Shown here: positions 1 through 10,372 of the stretch, piece by piece
Position numbering within the stretch: position 1 is the first letter of the stretch
Layout of the letters: every line of letters begins with the position of its first letter
Source of the DNA: Bacilli bacterium
GTDB taxonomy: Bacteria; Bacillota_I; Bacilli_A; RF39; UBA660
Direction: 5' to 3'
Assembly: GCA_017441065.1 (NCBI GenBank)
Contig: JAFSAI010000037.1
Coordinates: forward strand, 6,065-70,064
DNA length: 64,000 bases
The notes under the pieces: model-generated
Databases searched by the model: none
Told to the model about the DNA's origin: nothing
What the model saw: only the letters and a program-made list of their open reading frames with translations
Translations under genes and position numbers: made by a program

Positions 1-2
1 TG

Positions 3-377
3 ACAATTGGTTCGAGATATATAGAAGAACTAAGTGAATTTAAATCAACAAAACTAAGACAACTAGGAATTAAATTTTTATCAATGATTTTAAAATTAAC
101 AACTAAGAAAAAAATCTATGATATGACATCAGGATTTAGGGCTGTTAATAAAGATATAATTAAAATATTTGCAAGTGATTATCCTAATGATTACCCAGAA
201 CCTGAAACTTTAGTTGCGGTTATAAAAAGAGGTTATAAAGTAAAAGAAGTGGCAGTAAAAATGCATGAAAGAGAACATGGAAAATCTTCAATAACTCCAC
301 TTAAAAGCATATATTATATGGTAAAGGTTTCTTATGCAATGATTGTAAGAAGCATAATTGAGAGTAGGAATAAATAA
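3..377 (+). CDS. Family 2 glycosyltransferase (GtrB/DPM1-like), C-terminal part; 5' end outside window
   Basis: The frame is open from base 3 (TIGSRYIEELSEF...) and continues into the listed 84..377 ORF. The segment DMTSGFRAVNK...YPEPETL is typical of the C-terminal half of polyprenyl-phosphate sugar transferases. Its stop overlaps the start of a DUF2304-type partner gene. Confidence 0.7.
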   Translation, partial: TIGSRYIEELSEFKSTKLRQLGIKFLSMILKLTTKKKIYDMTSGFRAVNKDIIKIFASDYPNDYPEPETLVAVIKRGYKVKEVAVKMHEREHGKSSITPLKSIYYMVKVSYAMIVRSIIESRNK

Positions 378-724
378 TGGCAAGTAATCTAAAAGTATTT
401 TTAATTTGTTTAATAGTTTTAGGAATATATATGATTTTTTCTACTATTAAGAAAAAGAAATTATCAATGAAATATGGTATGTATTGGACTCTAGTTGGAT
501 TATTTATGTTAATGTTAGTAATATTTCCTAATATTATTGAATGGTTAGCTAACATCTGTGGTTTTAAAGAAGCTCCAAATATGTTATTTTTAATAGCAAT
601 TTTCTTACTATTTTATATAGTATTTAATATTTATACGAGTATATCTAAAATAATTGAGAATAATAAGATTATGGCTCAAGAATTATCAATTTTAAAAAAA
701 GAATTAGAAAAGAAAAATAAATAA
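377..724 (+). CDS. Small multi-TM membrane protein, DUF2304-like partner of the GT2 enzyme
   Basis: Its start overlaps the upstream stop. The 115-aa product has a hydrophobic N-terminal two thirds and a charged helical tail (ELSILKKELEKKNK), the usual pattern of genes that follow GtrB-like GT2 genes. Confidence 0.55.
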   Translation: MASNLKVFLICLIVLGIYMIFSTIKKKKLSMKYGMYWTLVGLFMLMLVIFPNIIEWLANICGFKEAPNMLFLIAIFLLFYIVFNIYTSISKIIENNKIMAQELSILKKELEKKNK

Positions 725-749
725 CTTTACAGTAAGAAATTTAGTAAAT

Positions 750-778
750 TTGAATATCTAGCCAATTTATTATATAAT
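750..778 (+). promoter_or_regulatory. Sigma-A type promoter for the LCP gene
   Basis: TTGAAT (750-755), a 17-nt spacer, then TATAAT (773-778), about 20 nt upstream of the AGAGG RBS and the ATG at 798. Confidence 0.5.
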
Positions 779-797
779 TAAAAAAGAGGTTAGAATT

Positions 798-2294
798 ATG
801 AAGGTAAGTAAAAGAAAAATCAGAAAAATATTTTACATTATTATTTCAGTAATACTTATGTTATCTGTATTTTTAAATACATATTTATTACTTAAATATA
901 ATGTATTACCATTTAAATATTTAATGATTTATTTCTTATTGGTAGGATTAATACCAATACTACTTACTTTTTTTACTGTCTTTAAAAAATTAAAACCATA
1001 TATAAGAAGAATTTTTATTGGAATTGAAATAATATATATAATTATATTATGCTTAGTATTTTTCTATTTAAATAAAACATTTTCTTTCTTAGATGATTTT
1101 ACTGATGGATTTGATTATGAAACTAAAAATTATTATGTATTGGTTAACAAGGATAGTGAATATAACGAACTTAAGAATTTAGAAAATAAAAAAATAGGAT
1201 ATTTTAGTTCTTTGGATAGCAGTATTAATACAGCTTTAGAAAAAATAGACGATGAAGTTAGCTTACAACATGAAGAGGTTGAAGGATTTAGCACTATAAT
1301 AGATAAATTATATAACGATGAAATTGATGGTGTTTTAATTGTACAAAGTTATTATGACTTAATGGTTGAAGGTGATGAAACCATTAAGGAGAGAACTAAA
1401 ATAATATATGAATTTTCAATTAAAGAAAAAGTAAATTCTATAATTAAAGAAAGAGATGTTTTGAATGACACATTCTTTGTTTATATATCTGGTATAGATA
1501 CTTTTGGAAGCGTTACTGAAAAAACTAGAAGCGATGTTAATATTGTAATGGGAATAAATCCTAAAACTTATCAAATTATGATGATTAATATTCCTCGAGA
1601 CTATTATGTTAATCTATTTGGAATTAATCAGAAAGACAAGTTAACTCATGCTGGTATTTATGGTGTGGAAATGAGTACTAAAACAATCGAAAATTTACTT
1701 GGCATTGAAATAAATTATTATGTAAAACTTAATTTTAATGCGGTGATTAAAACGGTTGATGCTTTAGGTGGAGTAGATGTTTATTCGAATTACGATTTCT
1801 ATAGTACAGAGTATAGTCATCATTTTAAAAAAGGCTATAATACAGTTGATGGTGAATTAGCATTAGATTTTGTTAGAACTAGAAAAGCTTTCTTAGATGG
1901 TGATCGTGTAAGAGGAGAAAATCAAGAAGCTATGATTCAAGCTATAATTGATAAAGCTTGTTCACCAGCAATTTTAACTAAATATGATGATATATTAAAT
2001 TCTTTGGAAGATTGTTTTACTACTAATATATCTTCAGAAAAAATTATGGAGCTTGTAAAAATGCAACTTGATAAAATGCCAAGGTGGAATATTACATCTC
2101 TTGGGCTTAATGGAAGTGATAGTTATAACTACACTTACACTTATCCAGGTCAAGAATTATATGTTATGGTTCCAAATGAAAAAACAATTGAAATATCAGG
2201 TGATGCTTTTGAAGATTTAAAGAATGGTAAAATATTAGACGAAACGTATAAAAATATGATTGAAGAATCAATTAAAACCGCATCAGCAAATTAG
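798..2294 (+). CDS. LytR-CpsA-Psr (LCP) family glycopolymer-to-peptidoglycan ligase
   Basis: N-terminal TM segments are followed by the LCP core RSDVNIVMGINP...INIPRDYYV...KLTHAGIYG...ALDFVRTRKAFLDGDRVRGENQ. Confidence 0.85.
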   Translation: MKVSKRKIRKIFYIIISVILMLSVFLNTYLLLKYNVLPFKYLMIYFLLVGLIPILLTFFTVFKKLKPYIRRIFIGIEIIYIIILCLVFFYLNKTFSFLDDFTDGFDYETKNYYVLVNKDSEYNELKNLENKKIGYFSSLDSSINTALEKIDDEVSLQHEEVEGFSTIIDKLYNDEIDGVLIVQSYYDLMVEGDETIKERTKIIYEFSIKEKVNSIIKERDVLNDTFFVYISGIDTFGSVTEKTRSDVNIVMGINPKTYQIMMINIPRDYYVNLFGINQKDKLTHAGIYGVEMSTKTIENLLGIEINYYVKLNFNAVIKTVDALGGVDVYSNYDFYSTEYSHHFKKGYNTVDGELALDFVRTRKAFLDGDRVRGENQEAMIQAIIDKACSPAILTKYDDILNSLEDCFTTNISSEKIMELVKMQLDKMPRWNITSLGLNGSDSYNYTYTYPGQELYVMVPNEKTIEISGDAFEDLKNGKILDETYKNMIEESIKTASAN

Positions 2295-2324
2295 AAAAAA
2301 CAGTAATTTTTTTACTGTTTTTTC
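2295..2324 (+). terminator. Rho-independent terminator after the LCP gene
   Basis: aaaaaacagtaa / ttactgtttttt hairpin followed by a T-run. Confidence 0.7.
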
Positions 2325-2400
2325 TTATAAATAGGCTATTTTGTAGATATGAAGTAGATATTATGTTATAATTTTTAAAGAAATAAGTTAGGAGTTTCAT

Positions 2401-3516
2401 ATGAAAAAAATATTATTTACAGCAAACTTAGAATCCTTTTTTACAAAATTTTTAATACCTCAATTAGAATGGTTTAAAAATAATGGTTATGAAGTTCACA
2501 TTGCAGCAAAAAGCGAAGATAAAGAAATTCCTTTTTGCGACAAAAAATTTGATGTAGATTTTGCTAGAAGTTTTAATCTAAAACAAAATATAAATTCTTA
2601 TAAACAAATGAAAGAGATATTAAAAAAAGAACATTATGATATTATAAGTTGTCACACTCCTTTTGGCGGTGCAATTACAAGACTTGCTACAAAATCCATG
2701 AAATTAAAAAATACAAAAGTAGTATATATGGCTCATGGTTTTCATTTTTATAAAGGACAACCAAAATTAAAATATATGTTATTTTACATAGCAGAAAAAT
2801 ATTTAGCAAAGTATACTGATGAATTAATAACAATCAATTTAGATGATTATGAGATTGCAAAAGAAAAGTTTAAAACAAAGGTTGTTTATATTCCTGGTGT
2901 AGGGTTAGATGAAAATAAATTTAAATTTAAAATGACTAAAAAAGAAAAGAAAGAACTAAGAGAAAGTTTAGGAATAAAAGAAAAAGATTTTGTGATGATT
3001 TATCCTGCTGAAATCACAAAAAGAAAAAGACAAGAATGGTTAATTGAAACGTTAAAGGATATGTTAAATGAAAATGAAACCTTTCATTTGCTATTGCCAG
3101 GAAAAGATTCTTTAAATGGTTTTTGCCAAGATTTAGCAAAAAAATACAACTTAGAAACTCAAATTCATTTTCTTGGTTTTAGAAATGATATTCCTAAATT
3201 AATACATATTTCAGATGTAGCAGTAACTTCATCTAAGCAAGAAGGATTGCCTGTTAATGTTATGGAAGCTATATATGTGGGAGTACCTGTAGTGGCAACT
3301 GCTTGTCGTGGTAATAGAGATTTAATTCAAAACAATAAAAATGGGTATATTATTGATATAGATGATAGAGCAAGTTTTTGTGAAAAAGTGTTAAAAGTTT
3401 ATAATCTTACCAAAGAAGAAAAAGAAAAAATTAAAGAGAAAGATAAAAAAATCATTGAAAAGTATTTGTTAAAAAATGTTTTAAATAAAATAATCAAAGT
3501 ATATTTAAGAAAGTAG
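2401..3516 (+). CDS. Glycosyltransferase family 4 (GT-B fold)
   Basis: The C-terminal motif SSKQEGLPVNVMEAIYVGVPVVATACRGNRDLI matches the EX7E region of GT4 enzymes. RBS is AGGAG. Confidence 0.8.
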   Translation: MKKILFTANLESFFTKFLIPQLEWFKNNGYEVHIAAKSEDKEIPFCDKKFDVDFARSFNLKQNINSYKQMKEILKKEHYDIISCHTPFGGAITRLATKSMKLKNTKVVYMAHGFHFYKGQPKLKYMLFYIAEKYLAKYTDELITINLDDYEIAKEKFKTKVVYIPGVGLDENKFKFKMTKKEKKELRESLGIKEKDFVMIYPAEITKRKRQEWLIETLKDMLNENETFHLLLPGKDSLNGFCQDLAKKYNLETQIHFLGFRNDIPKLIHISDVAVTSSKQEGLPVNVMEAIYVGVPVVATACRGNRDLIQNNKNGYIIDIDDRASFCEKVLKVYNLTKEEKEKIKEKDKKIIEKYLLKNVLNKIIKVYLRK

Positions 3517-3523
3517 GAAAATT

Positions 3524-4330
3524 ATGAAAAAAAATAAAGTAGAAGTTTCTATAATTATGTCAGAATATAATACTCCAGTAGAATTGTTAAAAGAATCAAT
3601 TCAAAGTTTATTAAATCAAACATTTAAAAATTTCGAACTTATTATAGTAGATGATTGTGGAAAAAATGATTTAAGCAAAGTGGTAAAAGAATTTAATGAT
3701 GATAGAATAATAGTTTTAAAGAACAAAAAAAATATGGGGTTAGTAGCTTCTTTAAATAAGGCGATAAAAGCATCTAATTCAGATTATTTAGTTAGAATGG
3801 ATACTGATGATTATTCTTATCCAAACAGAATAGAATTAGAATATAATTTTATAAAAAAACATCCAGAATATGCTGTTGTTGGGATGCAATGTGAATTTTA
3901 TGATGGAAAAGAAATCTATGGTAAATCACATAAAAGTGGAGAATTAACAAAAATAGATTTAATTAATCAAACTTTATTCATTCATCCTTCTGTAATTATG
4001 AAAAAAGAAGTTATAGAAAAAATTGGAATGTATCCAGATTATCAAAGATGCGAAGATTTTGCTTTATGGATTAATTTAATTGTTGAAGGATACCGAGGGT
4101 ATGTGATGGATGAAGTGGGCATTAGATATACAATTAGAGAAGAAGATTATATAAAAAGAACTTTAAAAACTAGAAAAGGACTATTCAAACTTTTGAATGA
4201 AAATTATCAAAAATTAAATCCAACAAAAAAACAAACTTTGAAATTAAAATTAAAAAATTTTGTTGCTGGAATTGTTCCTGGAAAAATAATGTATAAATAT
4301 CATAAAAAAAGGTGTAAAAATGAAAAATAA
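3524..4330 (+). CDS. Glycosyltransferase family 2
   Basis: VSIIMSEYNT...IIVDDCG...RMDTDD shows the GT-A DxD signatures. Confidence 0.8.
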   Translation: MKKNKVEVSIIMSEYNTPVELLKESIQSLLNQTFKNFELIIVDDCGKNDLSKVVKEFNDDRIIVLKNKKNMGLVASLNKAIKASNSDYLVRMDTDDYSYPNRIELEYNFIKKHPEYAVVGMQCEFYDGKEIYGKSHKSGELTKIDLINQTLFIHPSVIMKKEVIEKIGMYPDYQRCEDFALWINLIVEGYRGYVMDEVGIRYTIREEDYIKRTLKTRKGLFKLLNENYQKLNPTKKQTLKLKLKNFVAGIVPGKIMYKYHKKRCKNEK

Positions 4331-5309
4331 TAAAGTTTCGATTATAATTCCTGTATATAATTGTTCAAAATTTTTAAAGAAATTAATTGATTCATTAAAA
4401 AATCAAACATATAAAAATTTTGAAGTTATTTTTATAAATGATGGATCTAAAGATAATTCTCTAAGTATTTTAAAAAAAGTTGATGATGAAAGATTTATAA
4501 TAATTGATCAAAAAAATCAAGGAGTTGCTGTAGCTAGAAACAATGGTTTAAAAAGAGCAAAAGGAGAATATATAACGTTTGTAGATAGTGATGATTATAT
4601 TGGACCAAAATATTTAGAATATTTAGTCACAAATATAGAAAAATATTCTGTGGATTTATGTGTAATGGGTTTCCAAAAGTTTACTGATAATTATAAAGTA
4701 TATGAATCTTATAATTTGAAATTAAAAGAATATTTGTTAGAAAATAGTAATGATTATTTGAAATTTTTAAATAATCTTAATGGGTCGGCAATTTGTGGAA
4801 AATTATATAAACGTAATAAAGTTAAAGATAAAAAATTTTTAAAATTATCAATAGGCGAAGATGCTTTATTTAACTTAAATTATATAAAAGAAAATAATAA
4901 AATAGTTACTCTGGATAAGAATTATTACTATTATAGATGTAATCCAAATTCTCTTACAAATAGCTTAAGAAAAGATTTGTTAGATGAATTAAATGAGGTA
5001 TTAAATGAACTTTCAAAAGAAGATGAATATATTTTCTTTACTTATCGAATTTATCAAGAATATTTATTTAATTTGTATCTAAGTAATTCAAAATTATTAA
5101 AAAAAGGAATTTATAAAATTAAAGATTATAAAAATATATGTAATTATTTAAGTTACGATATAAATGGATTTGTGAATAATTTTACATTTCCTAAGAAAGT
5201 ATATTTCAAAATAATTAATTTTGCAGTTAAGCATAATATGTATTGTTTAATATATATAGTAGAAAAATTGAAGTTAGGGATTAAATATGGAAAGAAAAGA
5301 AATAAATAA
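4320..5309 (+). CDS. Glycosyltransferase family 2
   Basis: VSIIIPVYNCSKFL...IFINDGSKD...ARNNGLKRAKGEYITFVDSDD is the classic GT2 N-terminal domain. Confidence 0.8.
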   Translation: MKNNKVSIIIPVYNCSKFLKKLIDSLKNQTYKNFEVIFINDGSKDNSLSILKKVDDERFIIIDQKNQGVAVARNNGLKRAKGEYITFVDSDDYIGPKYLEYLVTNIEKYSVDLCVMGFQKFTDNYKVYESYNLKLKEYLLENSNDYLKFLNNLNGSAICGKLYKRNKVKDKKFLKLSIGEDALFNLNYIKENNKIVTLDKNYYYYRCNPNSLTNSLRKDLLDELNEVLNELSKEDEYIFFTYRIYQEYLFNLYLSNSKLLKKGIYKIKDYKNICNYLSYDINGFVNNFTFPKKVYFKIINFAVKHNMYCLIYIVEKLKLGIKYGKKRNK

Positions 5310-7680
5310 TATTTTAAATAAAATAATTTTATTGCTAATGGTAATTAGCATTTATTTTATTTCATTTGAACATGTATTATTAAAAACAACAACAATATGG
5401 TTATTAGCAATTTGTTTGTGTTTAGTCAACATATTTATATTTAAAGAAAGTTATAATTATAAAGCAAAAGGCTTAAAATATTTTGTTATATTAGATATTA
5501 TCTTGATAATTTTGTCTTTATTTTCTCAAAATATATTTATATCATTTAAATTTATAATTTTATTTTCTAGCGCTATATTTATTTTTGGCTATTTAAATGA
5601 CAAAATTAAATTATATGATTTTTTTCTTAAGTTAATAGTTTTTTTTAGTAATATATATGCTTATATTACAATATTATCTGTTTTTTTTAAAGAACAATAT
5701 TTTTCTTTAATCAATTTTTTATTTTCTGATAATAGAGTAGAAATTATAACAGGGTTATATAATCAAAAGTGTTTTTCGGGAATTGCTGGACAAACCGGAA
5801 GCAATTCTGTATTAATAACGATAGGATTATTAGCAATAATTGTTTTGATTTTATACAAAAAGAGTAATAAAATAGGGAGAAACCTTTATCGATATTTTTC
5901 TTTATTAATACTTATTGCGGGATTATTATTGAGTAATAAGAGATTCATAACAATTATTGTTGTGTTTTTATCATTATTAATTATTTTTATTTATTCCAAA
6001 AATAAAAATAAAAAAGAGAATATAAAAGTATTTTTAGTGTATACTATGACTCTTTTATATGCTGCATTTTTATTAATTTGTTTTAGCGATACTTTTGCTT
6101 TAGTCTCTAGATCTTTAGGATATGTTCAAAACGAAAATTCCCAAAACTTGGGAAATTCTAATCAAAATAATGATAAGAATGAAGAAAATGGTATTTTAGA
6201 ATTAGAATCTGAAGATATAATTGATAATGTATTAAATGGTAGAATAGAATTATATGAAGAAGCTATTATAATATTTAAAGAAAATCCAGTTGTAGGAATT
6301 GGATTGGATAATTATACTCATATTAATAATATTCAAACACACAATTCAATTTTACAACTGTTATCAGAAACAGGCATTATTGGAACTATGTCAATAATCA
6401 CAGTATTATGTTATGTTTTATTTATAACATTAATAAATATAAAAAAATACAAAGATGATAAAGAATACAATTATATTTATTTATATGCATTTATTGGGGA
6501 ATTATTAATATTGACTTATTCATTAACTGGAAATCCATTTCATGATTTTAATCAAAGAAATTTTTATTTCATAATGATAGCTTTCTTATTTGGAATAATA
6601 GAAAATAGTAACAAACAAAAAAAAGAAATAGGAATTTTAACTTTTCATGCTTCGCAAAATTATGGAGCAGTGCTACAAGCTTATGCGCTGAACAAAAAAT
6701 TAGGTAGTAAATGTGAAATTATTAATTATTATAGTAAACCAGTTTACGATTATTATTCGCCTTTCAGTGTAAAAAAATATGGTGGATTAAGTTTAAAGAA
6801 TATTTTAAAAACGATTTATAAACTACCATATAATTTGATTAGATTATTTGTATTTAATGATTTTAGATATAAATATTTGCCAAGTAGTGAAAGAATTTAT
6901 AACAAAAGAGAGTTGGAAAATTATTCAAATAATTATAAATGTTTAGTTACTGGTAGCGATCAAGTGTGGAATAGTGATATTACGAAAGAAGATTGTGATA
7001 TATATTATTTAAATTTTCAAACCGAAGCTAAAAAATATTCATATGCTGCAAGTATAGGTAAAAATAGTATTAATATTAATGAAGAAAAAATCTTAAAAAA
7101 AATATCTCAAGAATATCATAGTATTACTGTTAGAGAAGAAAGATTGCAAACAATTTTAAGCGACTTAAAAATAAAATCAGAGGTAGTTGTAGATCCTACT
7201 TTATTATTAACAAAAAACGAATGGGAAGAAATTGCTTCTAAAAATGAAATAAGTAAAGATTATATTTTTGTTTATGCTTTAGAAGAAACAAAAGAATTTA
7301 TTAATGTAGTAAATGCGGCTTCAAATAAATATAATTTGCCAATTGTTCATTTAGGAAATAAAAAATTATTTGAAAATGTATTATTAAATAATTATAAAGC
7401 AAGCCCAAATGAGTTTATAACACTTTTGAAAAATGCAAAATATGTAGTAACAAATTCTTTTCATGGCACAGTGTTTTCGATAATTTTTAACAAAAATTTC
7501 ATTTCTGTACCTCATACTACTAGAAGCGTAAGACAAGAAAACTTATTAGAAAGGGTAAATTTAAAAGAACATTTAACTACAAATGTAGAAGTATTAAAAA
7601 ACAATTATAAAGAAGTTAATATGGATAAGTTAAGAGAAGGTTCAATTAAGTTTATTGAAAAAATAAAAGATTATGAATAG
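5287..7680 (+). CDS. Fusion protein: Wzy/O-antigen-ligase-like polymerase (N-terminal, about 10 TM) plus polysaccharide pyruvyl transferase (C-terminal)
   Basis: The N-terminal half is polytopic and carries the Wzy_C-like loop NGRIELYEEAIIIFKENPVVGIGLDNY...HNSILQLLSETGIIG. From about aa 455, IGILTFHASQNYGAVLQAYAL...VVTNSFHGTVFSIIFNKNF is typical of the pyruvyl transferase family. Confidence 0.7.
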   Translation: MERKEINNILNKIILLLMVISIYFISFEHVLLKTTTIWLLAICLCLVNIFIFKESYNYKAKGLKYFVILDIILIILSLFSQNIFISFKFIILFSSAIFIFGYLNDKIKLYDFFLKLIVFFSNIYAYITILSVFFKEQYFSLINFLFSDNRVEIITGLYNQKCFSGIAGQTGSNSVLITIGLLAIIVLILYKKSNKIGRNLYRYFSLLILIAGLLLSNKRFITIIVVFLSLLIIFIYSKNKNKKENIKVFLVYTMTLLYAAFLLICFSDTFALVSRSLGYVQNENSQNLGNSNQNNDKNEENGILELESEDIIDNVLNGRIELYEEAIIIFKENPVVGIGLDNYTHINNIQTHNSILQLLSETGIIGTMSIITVLCYVLFITLINIKKYKDDKEYNYIYLYAFIGELLILTYSLTGNPFHDFNQRNFYFIMIAFLFGIIENSNKQKKEIGILTFHASQNYGAVLQAYALNKKLGSKCEIINYYSKPVYDYYSPFSVKKYGGLSLKNILKTIYKLPYNLIRLFVFNDFRYKYLPSSERIYNKRELENYSNNYKCLVTGSDQVWNSDITKEDCDIYYLNFQTEAKKYSYAASIGKNSININEEKILKKISQEYHSITVREERLQTILSDLKIKSEVVVDPTLLLTKNEWEEIASKNEISKDYIFVYALEETKEFINVVNAASNKYNLPIVHLGNKKLFENVLLNNYKASPNEFITLLKNAKYVVTNSFHGTVFSIIFNKNFISVPHTTRSVRQENLLERVNLKEHLTTNVEVLKNNYKEVNMDKLREGSIKFIEKIKDYE

Positions 7681-9184
7681 AACGAAATTATTTTTTAAAA
7701 ATTCATTTTATACAATATTATTGCAAGTATTTTCGACAATATCTGGCATTATTTTGCCATTAGTAATAATTAAATATTATGGTTCAGAAATTAATGGATT
7801 AGTTTCATCGATAACACAATTTTTAGTATATTTAAAATTAATGGAAGCAGGACTATCTGCTGCAGCAACGTATGCTTTGTATAAACCACTTGCCGAAAAT
7901 GATCATAAGAAAATAAGTGCAATAGTAAGTGCAGCAAATAAATTTTATAAAAAAATAGCAGTATTTTTTACAATTGGAGTATTAGTATTTTCAATAATAT
8001 ATTCTTTTGTCGTAGCGGTTCCAATTAGTCAGTTTGAAACAATTTTATTGATTTTTATAATGGGTTTATCTGGTACATTAGAGTTTTTGACATTATCAAA
8101 ATATAGGGTGTTGCTAAATGCTAATCAAAAAGTTTATGTTATTTCAATTGCATCAATAATTTATGACATTTTAAATGTAGCGATAATATTAATTTTTGCT
8201 TATTTAGGGGTAAATATAACAATAACAAAATTTGTAGCACTATTTGCTGTAATAAGTAGATCATTGATTTTAAAGATTTATGTTAGTAAACACTACAAAT
8301 ATTTAAATTACAAAGAAGAGCCTGATAATAGCGCGTTGAATCAAAGATGGGATGCTTTGTATTTACAAATTCTTGGCGCATTACAAATAGGATTGCCAAT
8401 AGTATATCTAACAATATTTAGTGATAATTTAGGAATAGTAAGCGTTTATAGTGTATATTATATGATTATTGGTGGTATTAATAATTTGCTTGGATTATTT
8501 TCAAATACATTATACGCATCTTTTGGGGAATTAATTGTATTAAAAAAAGAAGAATCATTTGAAAATGCAGTTAAAGATTTTGAATATTGTTTTTATTTAT
8601 TAATAACAATTATATTTAGTATAACATTTGTAATGATAATGCCATTTATAAAAGTGTATACAATGGGGATTGTTGATATAAATTATTACTATCCTTTGGT
8701 GGGATTTCTATTTACTTTAAATGGCTTATTATACAATTTAAAAACACCTCAAGGAATGCTAGTGATAGCAGCTGGGCATTACAAAGAGACTAAATGGCAA
8801 ACAACTTTTCAAGGTTTAATAATTGCTATTATAGGAATTCCTTTAACAATTTATTGTGGAATTGAAGGAATTTTAATAGCTTTGATTATTTCAAATATTT
8901 ATCGTACTATTGATTTAATTATTTATGTTCCAAAACATATAGGTGGAGATAAAATAAAAAATACTTTAATAAATTTTGGAAAAATATTTATTTATACCAT
9001 TTTAATTTGTTTACCATTTATATTTTATAAAATAAATATTAGTTCATATTTGGAATGGTTTAAGTATGCAATATTAGTTGGAATATATAGTGTATTAGTT
9101 GTCTTGTTAGGAGAATTTATTTTCTTTAGAAAAGATTTAAAAAATGTTTTAACTAGAATAAAAAGAATTTTTAGGAGGAATTAG
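7673..9184 (+). CDS. Wzx-type polysaccharide flippase (MOP superfamily)
   Basis: 503 aa with about 12-14 TM segments, the typical length and position for a flippase in a Wzy-dependent locus. Confidence 0.7.
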   Translation: MNRTKLFFKNSFYTILLQVFSTISGIILPLVIIKYYGSEINGLVSSITQFLVYLKLMEAGLSAAATYALYKPLAENDHKKISAIVSAANKFYKKIAVFFTIGVLVFSIIYSFVVAVPISQFETILLIFIMGLSGTLEFLTLSKYRVLLNANQKVYVISIASIIYDILNVAIILIFAYLGVNITITKFVALFAVISRSLILKIYVSKHYKYLNYKEEPDNSALNQRWDALYLQILGALQIGLPIVYLTIFSDNLGIVSVYSVYYMIIGGINNLLGLFSNTLYASFGELIVLKKEESFENAVKDFEYCFYLLITIIFSITFVMIMPFIKVYTMGIVDINYYYPLVGFLFTLNGLLYNLKTPQGMLVIAAGHYKETKWQTTFQGLIIAIIGIPLTIYCGIEGILIALIISNIYRTIDLIIYVPKHIGGDKIKNTLINFGKIFIYTILICLPFIFYKINISSYLEWFKYAILVGIYSVLVVLLGEFIFFRKDLKNVLTRIKRIFRRN

Positions 9185-10338
9185 TGAAAAATAATGTTGA
9201 AAAAGTAGAAAAATGTTATGGATGTTCAGCGTGTTTTAATATTTGTCCAACAAAATGTATTAGCATGAAACCTAATAAAAGAGGTTTTTTAGAGCCAGTT
9301 ATTGATTATGAAAAATGTATAAATTGCGGCGCTTGTATAAGAATTTGTCCTAGAATGAAAGAATATAGAAAAGAAGTTTTAAAAAACCCAAAAACTTATA
9401 TTTTAAAAAACAAGAGCAAAGAAATACGTAATATAAGTACATCAGGTGGCTTTTTCTCAAGTATAGCAGATTATTTTATTGAAAATAATGGTGTAATATA
9501 TGGATGTATAGTTGATGAAGATTTGAAGATAAAACACATAAGAACAGAGTGTGATTACAGTAGAATGCGTGGATCCAAATATGTTCAAAGTGATTTAGGA
9601 AATACTTTTGCGGAAATAAAAAAAGATTTGTTAGATAACAAATTAGTTTTATTTACCGGAAGTCCATGTCAATGTGCTGGTTTAAAAACATATTTAGGCA
9701 AAGATTATGATAATTTGTATATAATTGATTTTATTTGTCATGGTCCTCAATCTCCATTGATTTGGTCAGAATACATAAATTTTTTAACAGAAAAAAACGG
9801 CAAAATAAAAGATTATCACTTTAGAACAAAATTAAATGGATGGCATAGTCATACAGAAGTAATTGAATATGAAAGTGGTATAAAAGAATACGATACATTA
9901 GACTCTAGTTTAAATAAAGAATTGTTCCACCTAGGTCTATCATTAAGAGAAGCATGTTATCATTGTCAATTTACTTCTTTAAATAGATTAGGAGATATTA
10001 CCATGGGTGATGCGTGGGGATTAGAAAAAATAAAACCCGAATTTGATGACAATTTAGGAACAAGTTTAATTTTGATAAATAGTGAAAAAGGAAATAAATT
10101 ATTTAATCAAATTAAAAATACAATATCTTATTTAGAACAAGATATTGAGGATTATATAGTATATAATCCTAGATTAAAAACTAGTAGGCCTAATTCTAAA
10201 AAAAGAGATGAATTTTGGAAAATATATGATAAAAAAGGATTTAAAGGTATTATAAAAAAATATACAGGATATAGTTTTTTTAAGAAAGTCAAAAAAATTA
10301 TTAAGAGAATATTAACTAAGCTTCATTTATGGAAATAA
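9184..10338 (+). CDS. FrhB-like (coenzyme F420 hydrogenase/dehydrogenase beta-subunit family) protein with two 4Fe-4S ferredoxin motifs
   Basis: GTG start 5 nt after AGGAGG. Contains CYGCSACFNICP and CINCGACIRICP followed by an FrhB-type body (GSPCQCAGL...). This family commonly accompanies pyruvyl transferases in polysaccharide loci. Confidence 0.65.
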   Translation: MKNNVEKVEKCYGCSACFNICPTKCISMKPNKRGFLEPVIDYEKCINCGACIRICPRMKEYRKEVLKNPKTYILKNKSKEIRNISTSGGFFSSIADYFIENNGVIYGCIVDEDLKIKHIRTECDYSRMRGSKYVQSDLGNTFAEIKKDLLDNKLVLFTGSPCQCAGLKTYLGKDYDNLYIIDFICHGPQSPLIWSEYINFLTEKNGKIKDYHFRTKLNGWHSHTEVIEYESGIKEYDTLDSSLNKELFHLGLSLREACYHCQFTSLNRLGDITMGDAWGLEKIKPEFDDNLGTSLILINSEKGNKLFNQIKNTISYLEQDIEDYIVYNPRLKTSRPNSKKRDEFWKIYDKKGFKGIIKKYTGYSFFKKVKKIIKRILTKLHLWK

Positions 10339-10372
10339 ATTATGTTAGAATAGAAGTAGAAGGAGTAAAAGT

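Noticed and set aside
301-555. 84-aa minus-strand ORF. The same class includes 11430..11624, 14846..15094, 15264..15515, 22320..22607, 24694..24876, 25398..25646, 31295..31552(+), 36426..36737, 37391..37678, 38474..38665, 39351..39569, 45211..45417, 48152..48382, 48588..48776 and 60799..61002
   Set aside because: All are embedded antisense in genes with clear family motifs, lack RBSs and have the skewed composition expected from reading AT-rich coding DNA backwards.
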